From the NCBI RefSeq assembly GCF_009914755.1, contig NC_060947.1: DNA of 64,000 bases. One strand, 5' to 3'. The DNA is from the human T2T-CHM13v2.0 reference genome, Homo sapiens. Below are positions 16,511 to 29,346 of this stretch, piece after piece. The notes beneath the pieces were generated by a model. That model searched no databases, had not been told where the DNA came from, and saw only the letters and a program-made list of their open reading frames with translations. The translations under genes were made by a program, and so were the position numbers. Every line of letters begins with the position of its first letter. The stretch's first letter is position 1.

Positions 16511-17949
16511 TCATATAAGTACTCCATTACCAGGCATGAAGATAAAAAAATGTAATACAAGAACTCTAAGTAAAGCCAAGCTGTGCATTTCATTTCTAGA
16601 AATAATTTTCATAACCTTAAATGATCCTTGAAAATAAAGAATATGAGGAATTTAATAGCTAAGTTTTCAAAATCTACCTAATTAGTTTCATTGTTTTGAC
16701 TCCATGAAGTTACAATTCCAGGGTAAGTGATTTTTAACTCCTTCAATAAGATCGTAAGACATGTGTGTCTGCCAGTGTCTACTCTTAAGTTCTTATGCCA
16801 GTGGTGTAGCGACACTGAAGAGATATTTCTTGTATGCTGAATGTGGTTAGGCACTTACTGTTGCTATACCAGCTAATATTATGACATAGTTACTCCACTA
16901 GATTGTCACCATGAGATTGTGGCTGATTACTTCCTTGAAACATTCTTTTCTCAAAATTGTTTTCAATGATTGGTAAGATTACATCTTCAGTTTCAAGTTC
17001 CTTGTCAATAAGTAATCAGATTGCAGCGTTTGACATAGTTTTCACAGCACTCTATTATTAACCAGACATTTGCTTAGAGACTTACTTTTGAGTTTTTGGT
17101 ACTCCTAAGAATGGCTGAGTTTACTCATTTTTATAATTTCATTACTCTTTAATCAATTCTCATCTCTAGGAGACTGAGTACTAGGAGACTCTAGGAGACT
17201 GAGTACTGAGTACAAAATGCCAAATAAAAAATCACGTAGAAAACTGCTCCTATATTACACTCCATTATGAAATGATTGATTATATATAAAGAAAAAATGA
17301 CCGGGTGTAAATATTATTTTATTTCACAATGTTTATTGAGCATCCACTAAGTGCTAGGCACTCCTCCAGGTGCCAGGATAAAAGAGTGAAACAAACACAT
17401 GCCACAGCTCTGCCTTCATTAGGGAGCATGGTGATGTTTGTCTTTGATCATGGTATTTTGAGTATTTGAGTATTTTGCGCTCAAGTTTTACTGAAACTTT
17501 CAACAGCTTACAATACGTTTGCATTGTTTTTAAAACAGAGTAATACTATGAAAATGATTTTTCAAAGTGTGAAGCTGAGTTTAAAAAGCGGAATGTTCAT
17601 GAAACAATGTTAATCTCATTTTTTAAAATGCAACTTTACGAATGAAAAACATCTAAGGAAATTTATCACAGAATATGATTAATGGTCACGGCTGGGTGAT
17701 CGGACTGTGGATAAGATTGGTTTCCTTTATTACGCTTTAACAGTCTAACCAAGTTTTCTACCATGAGATTCAGAGACGTTTGTAATGAAAGAATACATTG
17801 ATAAAGGTCCATAGAACCCCAGTAACACGTGGAGAAAGATGACAAAACCAATCAGAGAAACAGAAATACCAGTTGCTAGGGTACCTAGCAGCCTCACCGA
17901 GGAAATGCCAATTTGAAAAACAGAATGCTATTGTCCACTGACTGAGTTT

Positions 17950-18790
17950 TCGCGAGGGACCACATCCCCACCTCACCCCCGCCTCCAGGGCTTGTAAGGC
18001 ACTGACAACCAAAGAACCAGCATGTTCTTTCGGAGAAGGCTTCGCGGGATTTTTTTTCAAGCACGAAGGGCGGGGCACGAGGCAAGCAGGGCCGCGCCAC
18101 CGGCCAACACTGTCACCTGCAGGTCATGAGAGCCGAGCGCCACCAACCCCGGAAGAAAATACATATCCGCTGCGTTTCCGCCCTGAGCCCCGAGATCTTG
18201 GCTGAGAAAGCAAAGCGTGATGACCGTGGGGACCAGAGCTCGGACTGGTACCGGCCGGAAAGGCCCCGACGAACTTACCGTACAGGGCAGCCTCCCATAG
18301 TCCTGCCCTCGGAACCATAGCAACCGCGCAGGAAGTTCCTGCGCCGCCGGAAAAACGCAGCCCGGAGGGCGGGGCTGGCCAAGGATTGACGGGCTCTGGG
18401 CCTGCGCATCGGAGCCCGGGGAGGTCGGCTCCTGTTTCCTCTGGGTCCGCCGCAGGCTCCCTTCCCTGCAGTTGGGAGCTGACGCCTGAGGGACGATCCG
18501 CTGAGGGTCAGGCTCTGCTGCGCGACTGCCCGAGCCGCCCCATGTTCGAGACCTGTGCCAATCCCATGGACATTCTCCTCCCACCCAGCCAGCCTCTGAA
18601 CACGCTTCTCACGTGGCACACGCCCTGTCCTCGCAGCCCTCACACCGCTGATCCTCCTCGGCGACCTCAGCGCCCCCGGGGCTGACCAGGCCGTGGCCGG
18701 CGCCTCTCCGTCCTCGGGGGGGTCTCCTTCCCCCCACTTAAGTCTCTTCTGCCCGCGGTCATGCCCTGGGCCTCAGGAAAGACCGCGCCC
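17950..18790 (-). promoter_or_regulatory. VCF2: CpG island / VCF2 promoter and 5' UTR
   Basis: Dense CpG and high GC around exon 1. GC box gggcgggg ~18367, ETS-like caggaagt at 18329, RFX X-box-like ccatagcaac at 18315-18324. Confidence 0.85.
18279..18298 (-). CDS. VCF2: VCF2/FAM104B exon 1 coding part MGGCPV(R)
   Basis: ATG at 18298-18296 in context ACTATGG. Consensus donor CG|GTAAGT at 18278. Confidence 0.93.
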
Positions 18791-19249
18791 CTCCACGATG
18801 TCCATTTCTTGCATCCCCCATTCTCATAACGGGCAGCACCCGATCGTGTCCTAACAGCTACCTCTTCCAGTGCCCCAGCATCCACAGCCTTTAGCCTCAA
18901 GGAGGCCTCCTCTCCACTAACCACAACCGCGTTCCTCACCATTCACCTTCCTTAGCCAGCTTACCCAAAGCTATTAACTCTCTCCTCCCTACTCTCCTGG
19001 CAGTCCCCCCGCCGCCAAGTAGACAAACAATGTACACCCTCCACAAGTGTACCTTCTCTGTCTAGTCTACTTACAAGATCCCTCCACAAGCACCAGCACC
19101 CAATTTTCTCATGATATTCACTGATATTCCCTTGAGAAAATAGAAGCAATCAGAGAAGAATTCACACCACTTCCCAACAGCAGTAGACCTGCACTTATAA
19201 TCTTGGCTGCTTCCCTGGAGGAAGAGACAGGATCCTACTTGAGACCAGG

Positions 19250-20340
19250 CCCTTCACCTGGATCCTATGCCTTCCACCTTCTTAAGGGATCATCCTTTGC
19301 AGTTATGCTTTCTCCTGAATTATCATGTTCCTCTATCTGTATTTATTATCTAAAAAGTTGGCAAAGGGAGTGCTAGAGTTTAGGCTGATCCTGGTTCTTG
19401 CTGTTAAGTAGGTGATCTCACAGGGGGCTGCATTCCCTGAGGATGGAAGGGAAGATGTGGAAAGTGGCTGATTCAAGAACTAAAGATCATGCCATAAAGG
19501 AAGCCTAACCCAGCTAGGGGCTAGGTGACCCTGCAGCCGAGGCTGTGGAGTAGACAGCCCTGGACAGGGGACTTTTAGACTGCCATGTTTGTCGCTGCAT
19601 TGTGCAATTTTAACAAGAATCCTGCTAAGTCAGTTTAGTTAGAATTTCCCATCATCAATATCTCAGTTAGGTTCCTCATCCCCCAGGTGATGTCTAGTCA
19701 CCCTGGCCCACCTTCACCAACAATCCTGTTAGTTCAATTTAGCCACAATACCCCCTTACCCGTGGTGTTTCCTCTTAGTAATTTTCCGTCCATTGCTCCC
19801 CACCCTGCTCCTTGGCTATAAATTTCCACTTTTCGTTGTTGTATTTGGAGTGGAACCCAGTTTCTCTCCCTTCACTGCAAAACCCCATAGCAGTGGTCCC
19901 TACACCTATCTTGATGGTCCTGAATGAAGTCTGCCTTACCGTTCTTTAACAAATGCCATGAATAATTTTTTTTCCTTAACACCCTTCACTTGGATCCCAT
20001 GCCCTTCCACATTCTCAAGGAACAAGCTTTTGTAATGATCATTCCTTTTACTTGAATCACCATGTTCTCCATGTCTATCGGATCATGCTATCGTCTACAA
20101 AGTGGGCAAATAGATGGTTAGAAATGAGGGATTTTGCTTTCAAGAGCTGATCTTGGTTATTGCTGTGTTGTAGGTGAGACCCCAAGGGGCTGCATTCTCT
20201 GAGGAAGGTGGAGGGGTTGGAGGGTATGGAAAGTGGCTGATTCAAGAGCCAGGGGTGCTACCATGGGGCAAGCTTAAGCCAGATAAGGACTAGGTTACCT
20301 TGCAGCTGAGGCTGTGGAGTGGACAACCCTGGCCAGGGGC
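19250..20340 (+). repeat. Diverged ~320-360 bp direct duplication (19250-19570 / 19982-20340) separated by an ERV1 LTR fragment (~19580-19981, MER39/MER34-like)
   Basis: Shared blocks ccttcac.tggatcc.atgcc, ggggctgcatt, aagtggctgattcaaga and gaggctgtggagt.gaca.ccctgg occur in the same order in both copies. Confidence 0.75.
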
Positions 20341-20587
20341 TGAAGGGAGGATGAAGCCCAGATTCAGAGGGGTCTGCAGAAGCTAGCACACATGGGCTGA
20401 GGCTGAGTCAGCCAGGGAGTACCAGATTCTGACCAAGATGAGAGAGACAAAAATGCAAGTTACACCAGCCACAGACATACGTGAGCAAATCAGCATCACC
20501 AGCAGGATTTGGGAGATAAGTTAGCCTTCCTTCAGAAACCACTGAGGACACTGCAATCAACATGAGACTCCTAAGCAATGCAGACCA

Positions 20588-21375
20588 TGTATTAGGCCAT
20601 CTTGCATTGCTGTAAAGAAATACCTGGAGTCTGGGTAATTTATAAAGAAAAGAGGTTTGAATTAGCTCATGGTTCTGCAGGCTGTACAGAAAGCATGGCG
20701 CCGGATTTGTCAGAGGCGTTCGAACCAGAGCAATTCTATCTTGAAAAAATAGGAAAAATCTAGGAAAAAGGAGGCTGGGATTTGCTTGGCTGCATTCTCA
20801 GAAAATTAGGTATTTCTAGCCTCTAGATGTTTTTACTGAACAGACCCAGACTTAGGAGTGTCGTGATATCCCAATATCTTGAGAACAGAAGCATTCCTAA
20901 TTTTGCTTTAAAGATCATAATATCAATTCTTGCAAGATATAGTAATTAAGAAAATTAATCCTTTATCACAAACCCTTGTAGCAGAGCACATCTCCCCATA
21001 ATCTTTTTTATCCTGTATATAAACGAGTATTGTACCTAGGGTGGATGCATTCCTTTTCTTACTTTTGGGAATATCCTACTCTGTCTGTAGAGTAGCTGTA
21101 CTTTCACCACTTTACTTTCTTAATAAATTTGCTTTTGCTTTGCACTGTGGACTCACCTTGAATTCTTTCTTGGGCGAGATCCAGGAACCCTCTCTTGGGA
21201 TCTGGATCGGGACCCCTTTCTGGTAACAGCTTCTGGGGAGGCCTCAGGAAGCTTTTGCTCATGGTAAAAGGTGAAGCAGGAGCAAGCACTTCACGTGGCA
21301 AAAGCAGGAGCAAGAGAGAGAGAGAGTTGGAGGAGGGGAGGGAGGCGCCACACACTTTTAAATGACCAGATCTCA
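20588..21375 (+). mobile_element. MST-type MaLR LTR interrupted by a MER41-family LTR (20708-21228)
   Basis: MST start tgtattaggccat...aaagaaatacctg. MER41 TGTCAGAGGCGTTCGAACCAGAGCAA...GGTAACA. MST resumes at gcttctggggaggcctcaggaagc. Confidence 0.8.
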
Positions 21376-22194
21376 TGATTATTATGTAATGTCCGATTTT
21401 GTCCCTTGTAATAATCTCCACTATAAAGAGTGCTTTGTGAGGTATTAATTTGACACCTTGAGTTTTTATGTGGTTCATGTTTGCAGGGTATATCTTCTTC
21501 CATCCTTTACTTGTAACTTGTTTATTTTTAAAGTGAGGTTCTCTTTTTCCCAAGATACAGATTAGCGATAAATATATTGTGAAAATCAAGATCTTCTTGC
21601 AGCCGTGAAACGGTAACAGTAAAAACACCAAAAAATCAGATGTAGAAGTTAATATGGAACTGAAGTGTTATGCAGAAATCCACAGAATAATTTGTTAGGT
21701 TCCTCAAAAGAACCTCAATCAAATTTACTGACAGCCTTTATAGAAAGATAACTTGAAACTAAAGTGATACATTTATATGAAAAATATTACTTTATCACCC
21801 CATTTTCTGCAGTAGGCTTTTAGATGAAATTTCATTTCACAAAAGTGTTCTGTTGCTAAAAATATTTTGAAAATGGCTGTATAGGATAATGTTTCAGAGG
21901 TCTCTCAGCTTAGAAATTTTGGGATTCAAATATCCTTCTCTACATTGAATGGAAAAAGTGAAAAGAGAACAATATCATGGGGGAGGGAAATGTTGGTCTA
22001 CTGTATTTTTCTTTTCTTTTTCTTCCTAAACTAACCGGTCTGTGTTGGTTCTCAGCTGTGCTGTTAATCCAGGTAAAAGATGCCCTTCAGGAGAATACAT
22101 GGATTCATTGGGCCCCAGGGAAGTTTTGAATTGCTCAGAAACAACAGCCAGAATAACTTTTGAAAGGCTGTAAATGGAGATGATTGAGATCTTC

Positions 22195-22540
22195 TGATAT
22201 GGTTTGGTGGTGTCCCCACCCTGTGGAAGGGACTCGGTGGGAGGTGATTGAATCATGGGGGCAGGTCTTTCCCATGCTGTTCTCACGATAGAGAGTGGGT
22301 CTCACAAGATCTGATGGTTCTATAAGGGGGAGTTTCCCTGTACAACCTCCCTCCCTTTGTCTGTTGCCATCCGTGTAAGACGTGACTTGCTCCTCCTTGC
22401 CTTCCACCATGATTGTGAGGCCTCCCCAGCCATGTGGAACTGTGAGTTCTCCATTAAACCTCTTTTTGTTTTTTTTCTTTTTTGTAAATTTCCCAGTCTC
22501 AGGTTTGTCTTTATCAGCATCATGAGAACAGACTAATACA
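22195..22540. mobile_element. THE1-type MaLR solo LTR
   Basis: tgatatggtttgg...ccccacc...ccatgattgtgaggcctccccagccatgtggaactgtgag...actaataca. Confidence 0.85.
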
Positions 22541-22794
22541 TCCTCTGATTTATGTTACTTCTCACTCAAGTTGCTCAAAGTGCCTTCTCATCAAGAGCTG
22601 TTTGGGTAGAGACAGACACATTTGTTCAGCCCTATTTTTCTCTGTTTTCTTCTCCTCCTTCCTTCCTCTTTCCCTCCCTCCCTCCCTCCCTTCCTTCTTC
22701 CTTTCTTCCTTCTTTGTACAAAAAATAAGTGAATTTATTTCTTCTCAGTAGAAATATCAGAATATTTCATAAATTTTGTGAGTTTTTTTGAAAC

Positions 22795-23430
22795 TTTTAT
22801 TTTGGGTTGAGGAGTACATGTGCAGGTTTGTAATACAGGTAAATGCGTGTCACAGGGTTTTGTTGTACAGATAATTTTGACACTCAGGTATTAAGCCTAG
22901 CGTCCATCAGTTATTTTTCCATATCCTCTCCCTCCTCCTACCCTCCACCCTCTGATGGGCCCCAGTGTGTTGGTCCTTGCTATGTGTCCATGTGTTCTGA
23001 TCATTTAGCTCCCACTTATAAGTGAGTAAATGTGGCATTTGGTTTTCTGTTCCTACATTAGTTTGCTAATGATAATCACCTCCAACTCCATCCATGTTGC
23101 TGCAAAGGTCATGATGTCTCTCTTTTTCTTATAGACGCATAGTATTCCATGGTGTATATGTACCACATTGTCTTTATCCAGTCTACTATTGACAGGCATT
23201 TAGGTTGATTCTGTCTTTTTTATTGTGAATAGTGCTTCAATGAACATACTTGTGCATGTGTCTTTATATACCTAGTAATGGGATTCTGGGTCAAATGGCA
23301 GTTCTGCTTTTAGCTTTTTGAGGAATTGCCACACTCCTTTCCACAGTGGCTGAAATAATTTACACTTCCACCAATAGTGTATAAGCATTGCCTTTTCTCC
23401 ATAAACTCACCAGCATCTGTTATTTTTGTT
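22795..23430 (-). mobile_element. L1 (L1PB/MA-like) 3' fragment
   Basis: gtacatgtgcaggtttg...gtattccatggtgtatatgtaccacatt... Confidence 0.85.
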
Positions 23431-24319
23431 CTTGATTTTTTTATTTAGCCTTATACTGTTTGACTATTTTTTTATTTGAGACAGGGTCTCATCTGTCTGT
23501 GAACGTGGATTCTACTTATGTCAGAGACTTCTAGGGATTCCAGCTCTCTCAGCTGCCTACGTTTGAACTTTATGAATTTATTACATTTCAGTTGTTTCCT
23601 TCTTACCCACTTTTATGACTGTCACTTCTTGCACACATGTTCTGCCAGAGGTAACACAGTTTGTGTGTGTCATCTCTCCTCAGAGGGGCTTGTCATCCTC
23701 TTGTATCAGTTCCCATGGCTGCCTTATTACCTCAGCTCTCTCATGATCTAAAAAAAAATGATAATATAGGTTATTAGGCTTTTTCTCATTTTCAGGGCTA
23801 AAGTGACTTTCTCTTGAGCCTTTCTAAATATTATGTGGAGGTAGAGCTCTCCTTTGTTAATATTTTGACTACTGGTACAAAAATGCAGCATTCAAATATT
23901 TGAATTAAAAGATAATCCAGGGGATAGCTGACTATGGCTTGGTAGCTAAATCCAGCCCATGGCTCATTTTTGCATAGCCTTTAAGATAAGGACTTTTTTT
24001 TTTTTACATTTTAAACTCTTATTTTTAAAAAACACAACAATATGCCACATAATCTATGTGGCCCACAAAGACTAAAATATTTATTGCCAAGCCTGTTAAA
24101 GAAAAATTCATGACCCTGTATTAATCTAATATCTACCATTCTGCATCACATTAAGAAATACATTTTCATCCATTATTTAATTTATTTACTCGCAGATTGA
24201 AAAGTGTGGATTATTTTCTGATCTTACCCTATCCCCTTAAGAAAGCATCCAGCTTTACCAAACCATGTTTTCAGTCTGAGAAACTTGTCCCAGGGCTTAA
24301 ATGATACAGAAACATATAT

Positions 24320-24857
24320 CTGAGGTAGGAGACTGGCAGGACTTGTTTCTGGTCATAACCCTGCTGACTAAAACAGAATCTGATTCAGACAGAATAAAGT
24401 GGATAAACTGGCAGAAACCAGCAGATGGCCACAAGGGTGATCCCTGGTTGCCCTTATTGCTTATTAGCATGAGACACTCCCACCAGCACCATCGCAGTTT
24501 ACAAATGCCATGGCAATGACCTGGAAGTTACAACAGCTTCCCATGGCAATGGCCTGGAAGTTACCCCCTTTCATAGAAAGTTCTAAATATCTCGCCCCTC
24601 AACTTGCATTAACCTGCCCTTAATGTACATATAATTGAAAGTGGGTATAAGTCAATAGAAATGCGTTTGCAAAGACCCCATAAGTTGGTGACTCTGAGTG
24701 TAGTGCCTATGAGTTAGCCCTGCTCTGCAAGGAGGAGTTCCATTCAATAAAAGATTGCTGTCTGACACTACCAGCTCACACTTGAAATCTCTCCTGGGCA
24801 AAGCCAAGAGCCCTCTCAGGCTAAGCTTCAATTTTGGGGCTGGCCTATCCTGCATCA
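24320..24857 (+). mobile_element. ERV1 solo LTR (MER41/MER50-related)
   Basis: TGAGGTAGGAG start, gtttacaaatgccatggcaa repeats, AATAAA ~24746, ends tcctgcatca. Confidence 0.7.
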
Positions 24858-26143
24858 GTTTCAAAGGGAGAATTTTTCCAAGTATTCCATGATTGTGTAT
24901 TTCTCAAGGTCATTTAAAAAAATGTCAATATCTCAGAATCTTTCATTCTATGTCTTGGTCAATGTATCATTTATGTAAGCATGATGGTGACATATACCTC
25001 AAGTGTAACGTCTGTTAGTCTGATTATAAATGCAGTAGAATTATTGCCCAGTAAGATGTAACATCAAATATGCATATTTAATTGCATTGGACTCCTCCGA
25101 GTACTTACAGGAAAGTTGGTAAGAATAAATATTCATGCTTGAAAATATTTTGGAATATGTGTAAAACGGATCAAATCCGAATACCACAGATGGCACTGTC
25201 ACTAGATGCTAATGAAGTACATAATAGGAACCATAAGAGACAGTCAATAATAAAGGGGGGAAATGAAAGGGAACACATCAAAGCACCATCAGATGAGTGC
25301 AGAAGCACACACATGAACACACCCTGTAGCTGCAGAAACACATGGTAGGAACTAAAGCCCCACCACTAATCAGACTTTTTCTCACCAACTCAGGAGTTCG
25401 CAAATGAGTTTGCTAAGGGTCAAATGCCCACAATAAAACTGACCAATTTAAACATCACTGAGAGCTACTTAGAGCATTATGTAGAAAGCTACAGACAACA
25501 GTGAATTTATTCTGAGCAAGTCTTAATCCATCATCTTCACAGATGGCTAAAGAAAGGGCCTCTAAACATTTTGTCTCATAATCTCTAAGGTAGTGACCTT
25601 CAAACTCTTTTATTACAATGCATGAGAAATACACAGTTTGTATATACTTCAGTACACAAATAAATATAAGTATGTATATGTGGATGTGCCGTGTATTTGT
25701 ATATTTTGTATGCAATGGATACTATTTACTAATTATTTTATCTCATTTCTTTAAAATTATCATTCTTTGAACTCATCCAGCTGGTCAAGGGTTATCTCCC
25801 ACAAGAATGGTGGGAAGAAACTTAAATTTGGCATGAGGTTAAACACTGCCCTTTGAAGCTGGAGTGCGGCTACTCAGCAATCATTAAAATCCAGGTCTCA
25901 GTGAAGAACAACCATGCAGCCATCTGATGCCATGACTTTGATCATGTGTTAATTAGTTGCTCACAGAAAGTCTAAATCCGGAAATCACTATCTTCCATTC
26001 TTTGAGAACTTGTGAGTGCACTATACTAAAAACTGAAATTAACAAGAAAGATAAAAGATACACTAAATATTAGGTCAGGATTATGACTGCTCTTACTCCA
26101 AACAAACCAAAACCAAAACAAAACAAAACGAAAATAAAAACAA

Positions 26144-26430
<287 letters not shown>

Positions 26431-27449
26431 CACCTTGAAGAACCACAATTCCTACTCAAGCTGCTTTTTAGAGACAGAGAAATTGAGAAACCTCTCTTTT
26501 CCTACTCAAGGTATTTCCTTAAGGGAAGCCCAGCTGGATGGAATATATAGGAGTCAGCTCAACAAGATGTTCTAATTTACTTACAAAAAGCTACGTCTGA
26601 TCAGGGCCCCCTTCCTATGCTTCCTTTTCATGTACTATTTCCCACATTAAACTGCTAAGTAATATAAAAGTAAAGACAACAGGAATCATGCACACAGCTT
26701 ACTGTCTACGTTAGTGTGAGTTTATACTCCACTAGCTTCATCAACATGTTTACTAACACAGGAATCTCTTGCCTAGGAAAATAAACGTTGCAAAGAACTT
26801 TACTGTTGTTTCAGCAACTGCCTGAAAGATCTATCAACTCCTCAATAAAAGGTGTCAAATGACGTTTTTCAATCCCAAAACTCTTTGAAGCCTTAGTCTA
26901 AAAATCCTTGTCTTGTTGGCTCCATCAATCCTAAATCATTATGATTCCTACCCAATTCTAACAAAACTGTCCCTGACTTTAAAAGACCCACTTTACACCA
27001 GATTTCAAACTCAGAATAAATGTGCCTAAAGCCAGTACACATCTGACATACTAGTGGCTCTTTTGAGGTAGTGCTCTTCCTTACAGTGCTATGCAAATAA
27101 TGTCAGAGCTCTCTTATGAACAGGTTATTTGGCTGCTATTTGGGGAGTGCAGTTTATGATGAGCATAGTCACCACTGCTGTACATCATGTCACAGTAGAC
27201 TGAGCCTAGATCCTACCATCAACATCTATGGAGATTTCTGAACTATAACACTGCCTGAATGACCTACAGTTATATTCATGTAAATCTGTTACTATTCCAG
27301 AGAGTTAAATGTGCAATAACACAACCTAAAAATAGTAAACAGGTGTGTATTTATTTAGTCTGCATTAGAATTTAGTTAAACTCATTGCAAGCATGACAGA
27401 AAACACAGAACCAAATAAAAATTGATTAATCAAAGCATGTATAAAAATT

Positions 27450-27695
27450 GGCCAAGGTGGGAGGATCACTTGAGCCCAGGAATTCAAGACCAGCCTGAGC
27501 AACATAGTGAGACCACTGCCTAAAAAAATAAATCAATCAATTGCCCAGGTGTGGTGTCCACACCTGTAGTACCAGCCACTCGGGGGGACTGTGTCTTGAG
27601 GATTGCTTGAGCCCAGGAGATCGAGGTTGCAGTGAGGTATGGTCATGCCACTGCCCTCCAGCCTGGGTGTCTGAGTGACATCCTGTCTGAAGAAA
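27450..27695 (+). mobile_element. AluJ-like, 5' truncated
   Basis: Diverged Alu dimer. Confidence 0.8.
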
Positions 27696-28040
27696 AGCAT
27701 TTATAAATATAGATATGAAAATAATTTAGTTCTTTCACAAAAGGTCTTTCTATGTCCTCCACTAAGGGTAATGTGGGACTGTCTGTTCCCAAAGTTTCTG
27801 GATGCATGAGAATGGTTGGCAAGAGACAAAACAAAACAAAACAAAAAGATCTCTCAAGTCCCTTTCTTTGTGTTCCTGAGACCCTGTGGATGTGAGTCTG
27901 GGGACAGCAGGAAAACCCTGTCTGGCCCTGCATGTATGTGACTTAATAGTGTGCATGCCCCTTGCTGGGCAAGTCCTTTGTTGCCCATGTGCCTTGGTGT
28001 CTGTCTCCTGTCCCTGCAGAGCCCTGATAGATGGTGACTT

Positions 28041-28337
28041 TTTTTTTTTTTTTTTTTAGGTGGACTCTCGCTCTGTTGTCCAGGCTGGCATGCAATAGCA
28101 TGATCTCGGCTCACTGCAAACTCCGCCTCCCAGGTTCTAGCAATTCTCCTTCCTCAGCCTCCTGAGTGGCTGGGACTACAAGTGCACGACGCCACGCCCT
28201 GCTAATTTTTTGTATTTTAGTAGAGACAAGGTTTCAACGTGTTGCCCAGGCTGGTCTGGAACTCATGAGCTCAGGCAATCCGCCCGCCTCGGTCTCCCAA
28301 AGTGCTAGGATTACAGGTGTGAGCCACTGGGCCTGGC
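28041..28337 (-). mobile_element. AluS
   Basis: Poly-T plus reverse Alu, TSD agatggtgactt. Confidence 0.88.
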
Positions 28338-29346
28338 GACAGATGGTGACTTCTTTCGTTCTTGTCAACTAGGATCCAGCCAGTAGGTCCGCAGATCAGC
28401 CCTCCCAGAAGTTGAAGGGGGAGTGAGTGTGAGGAGGGGCGGGTGGTCTTTGCGTGCATCAGGCGACTGGATCCATGGCCACGTAGAGAAAAGGGTTGCA
28501 AGGTGGTCATCCTTCTACTAAAAGGCAGTGATGCTGCCATGGCCTTGTTGTCATGGGAGGACCAGACAAGGAAGGAAGGAGGGCCCTAGAGGGGAGGAGG
28601 GTCAGTTGCACTTGGAGTGAGTTGTGAAGGGGTACACTATTTGAGGTCTTTGAGTCCCTAAGCATATGAATCCTCCCACAGAGGACGGATTCCAACTTCC
28701 TTAGTGGGGACCTGGGAAGGAGAGGAGGACTGGACGTGGCGGGACAAGGAGGGGCAACTCAGCCCACAAGACAAAGTCAGATCTCACTGTGCATGCTTCT
28801 TGGGTGGCCGCCTCAGTGCACATGTTCACTAGGCTTCCTCTGGTCGACCCCTTTGCAGCACGTTGCAAACGCTATGGGGCTGAGAGGGTGTGAGGGTCGC
28901 TTTCCTGCTGTCTGGACTCTTTCTCCCCTACTGAAACATAGCGGGTAGGTCCGCAGGCCAGTCCTCCCGGGAGGTGAAGTGAGAATGAGTGTGAGGAGGA
29001 GCCAGCAAGCTTCTGAATGGGTCAGGCGGCGTGGTCCCTGGCTCAGAGGTAGAAGTGCCTCAAGGTCGTAGTTCTTCTCATGCGGCACCACGGCCATGGG
29101 CCTTCTGGTCTTGGCAAGGCCACAGCTAGGGAGCAAGGAGGGCCACGGAGTGGAGGGGGGTCAGGCGGAGTTGGGGCGACTGCTGGGGTTGCTGTTGGAG
29201 GTATCTGAGTCCTGGAAGCATCTGGAACCCCCAACAGAGGAGAGATTCCAGACTCCTAGGTGGGGAGTCTGGGTGGGTGGGAAGGGCTGTGAAGGGACGA
29301 AGTGCGTGGTAAGGAAGGAGGCTAGAAACTGGGAACGCTGTGGGCT

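Noticed and set aside
18057-18942. Several 90-175 aa ORFs over the CpG island
   Set aside because: GC-rich, stop-poor sequence gives chance ORFs in many frames. Only the MGGCPVR end joins the spliced VCF2 frame.
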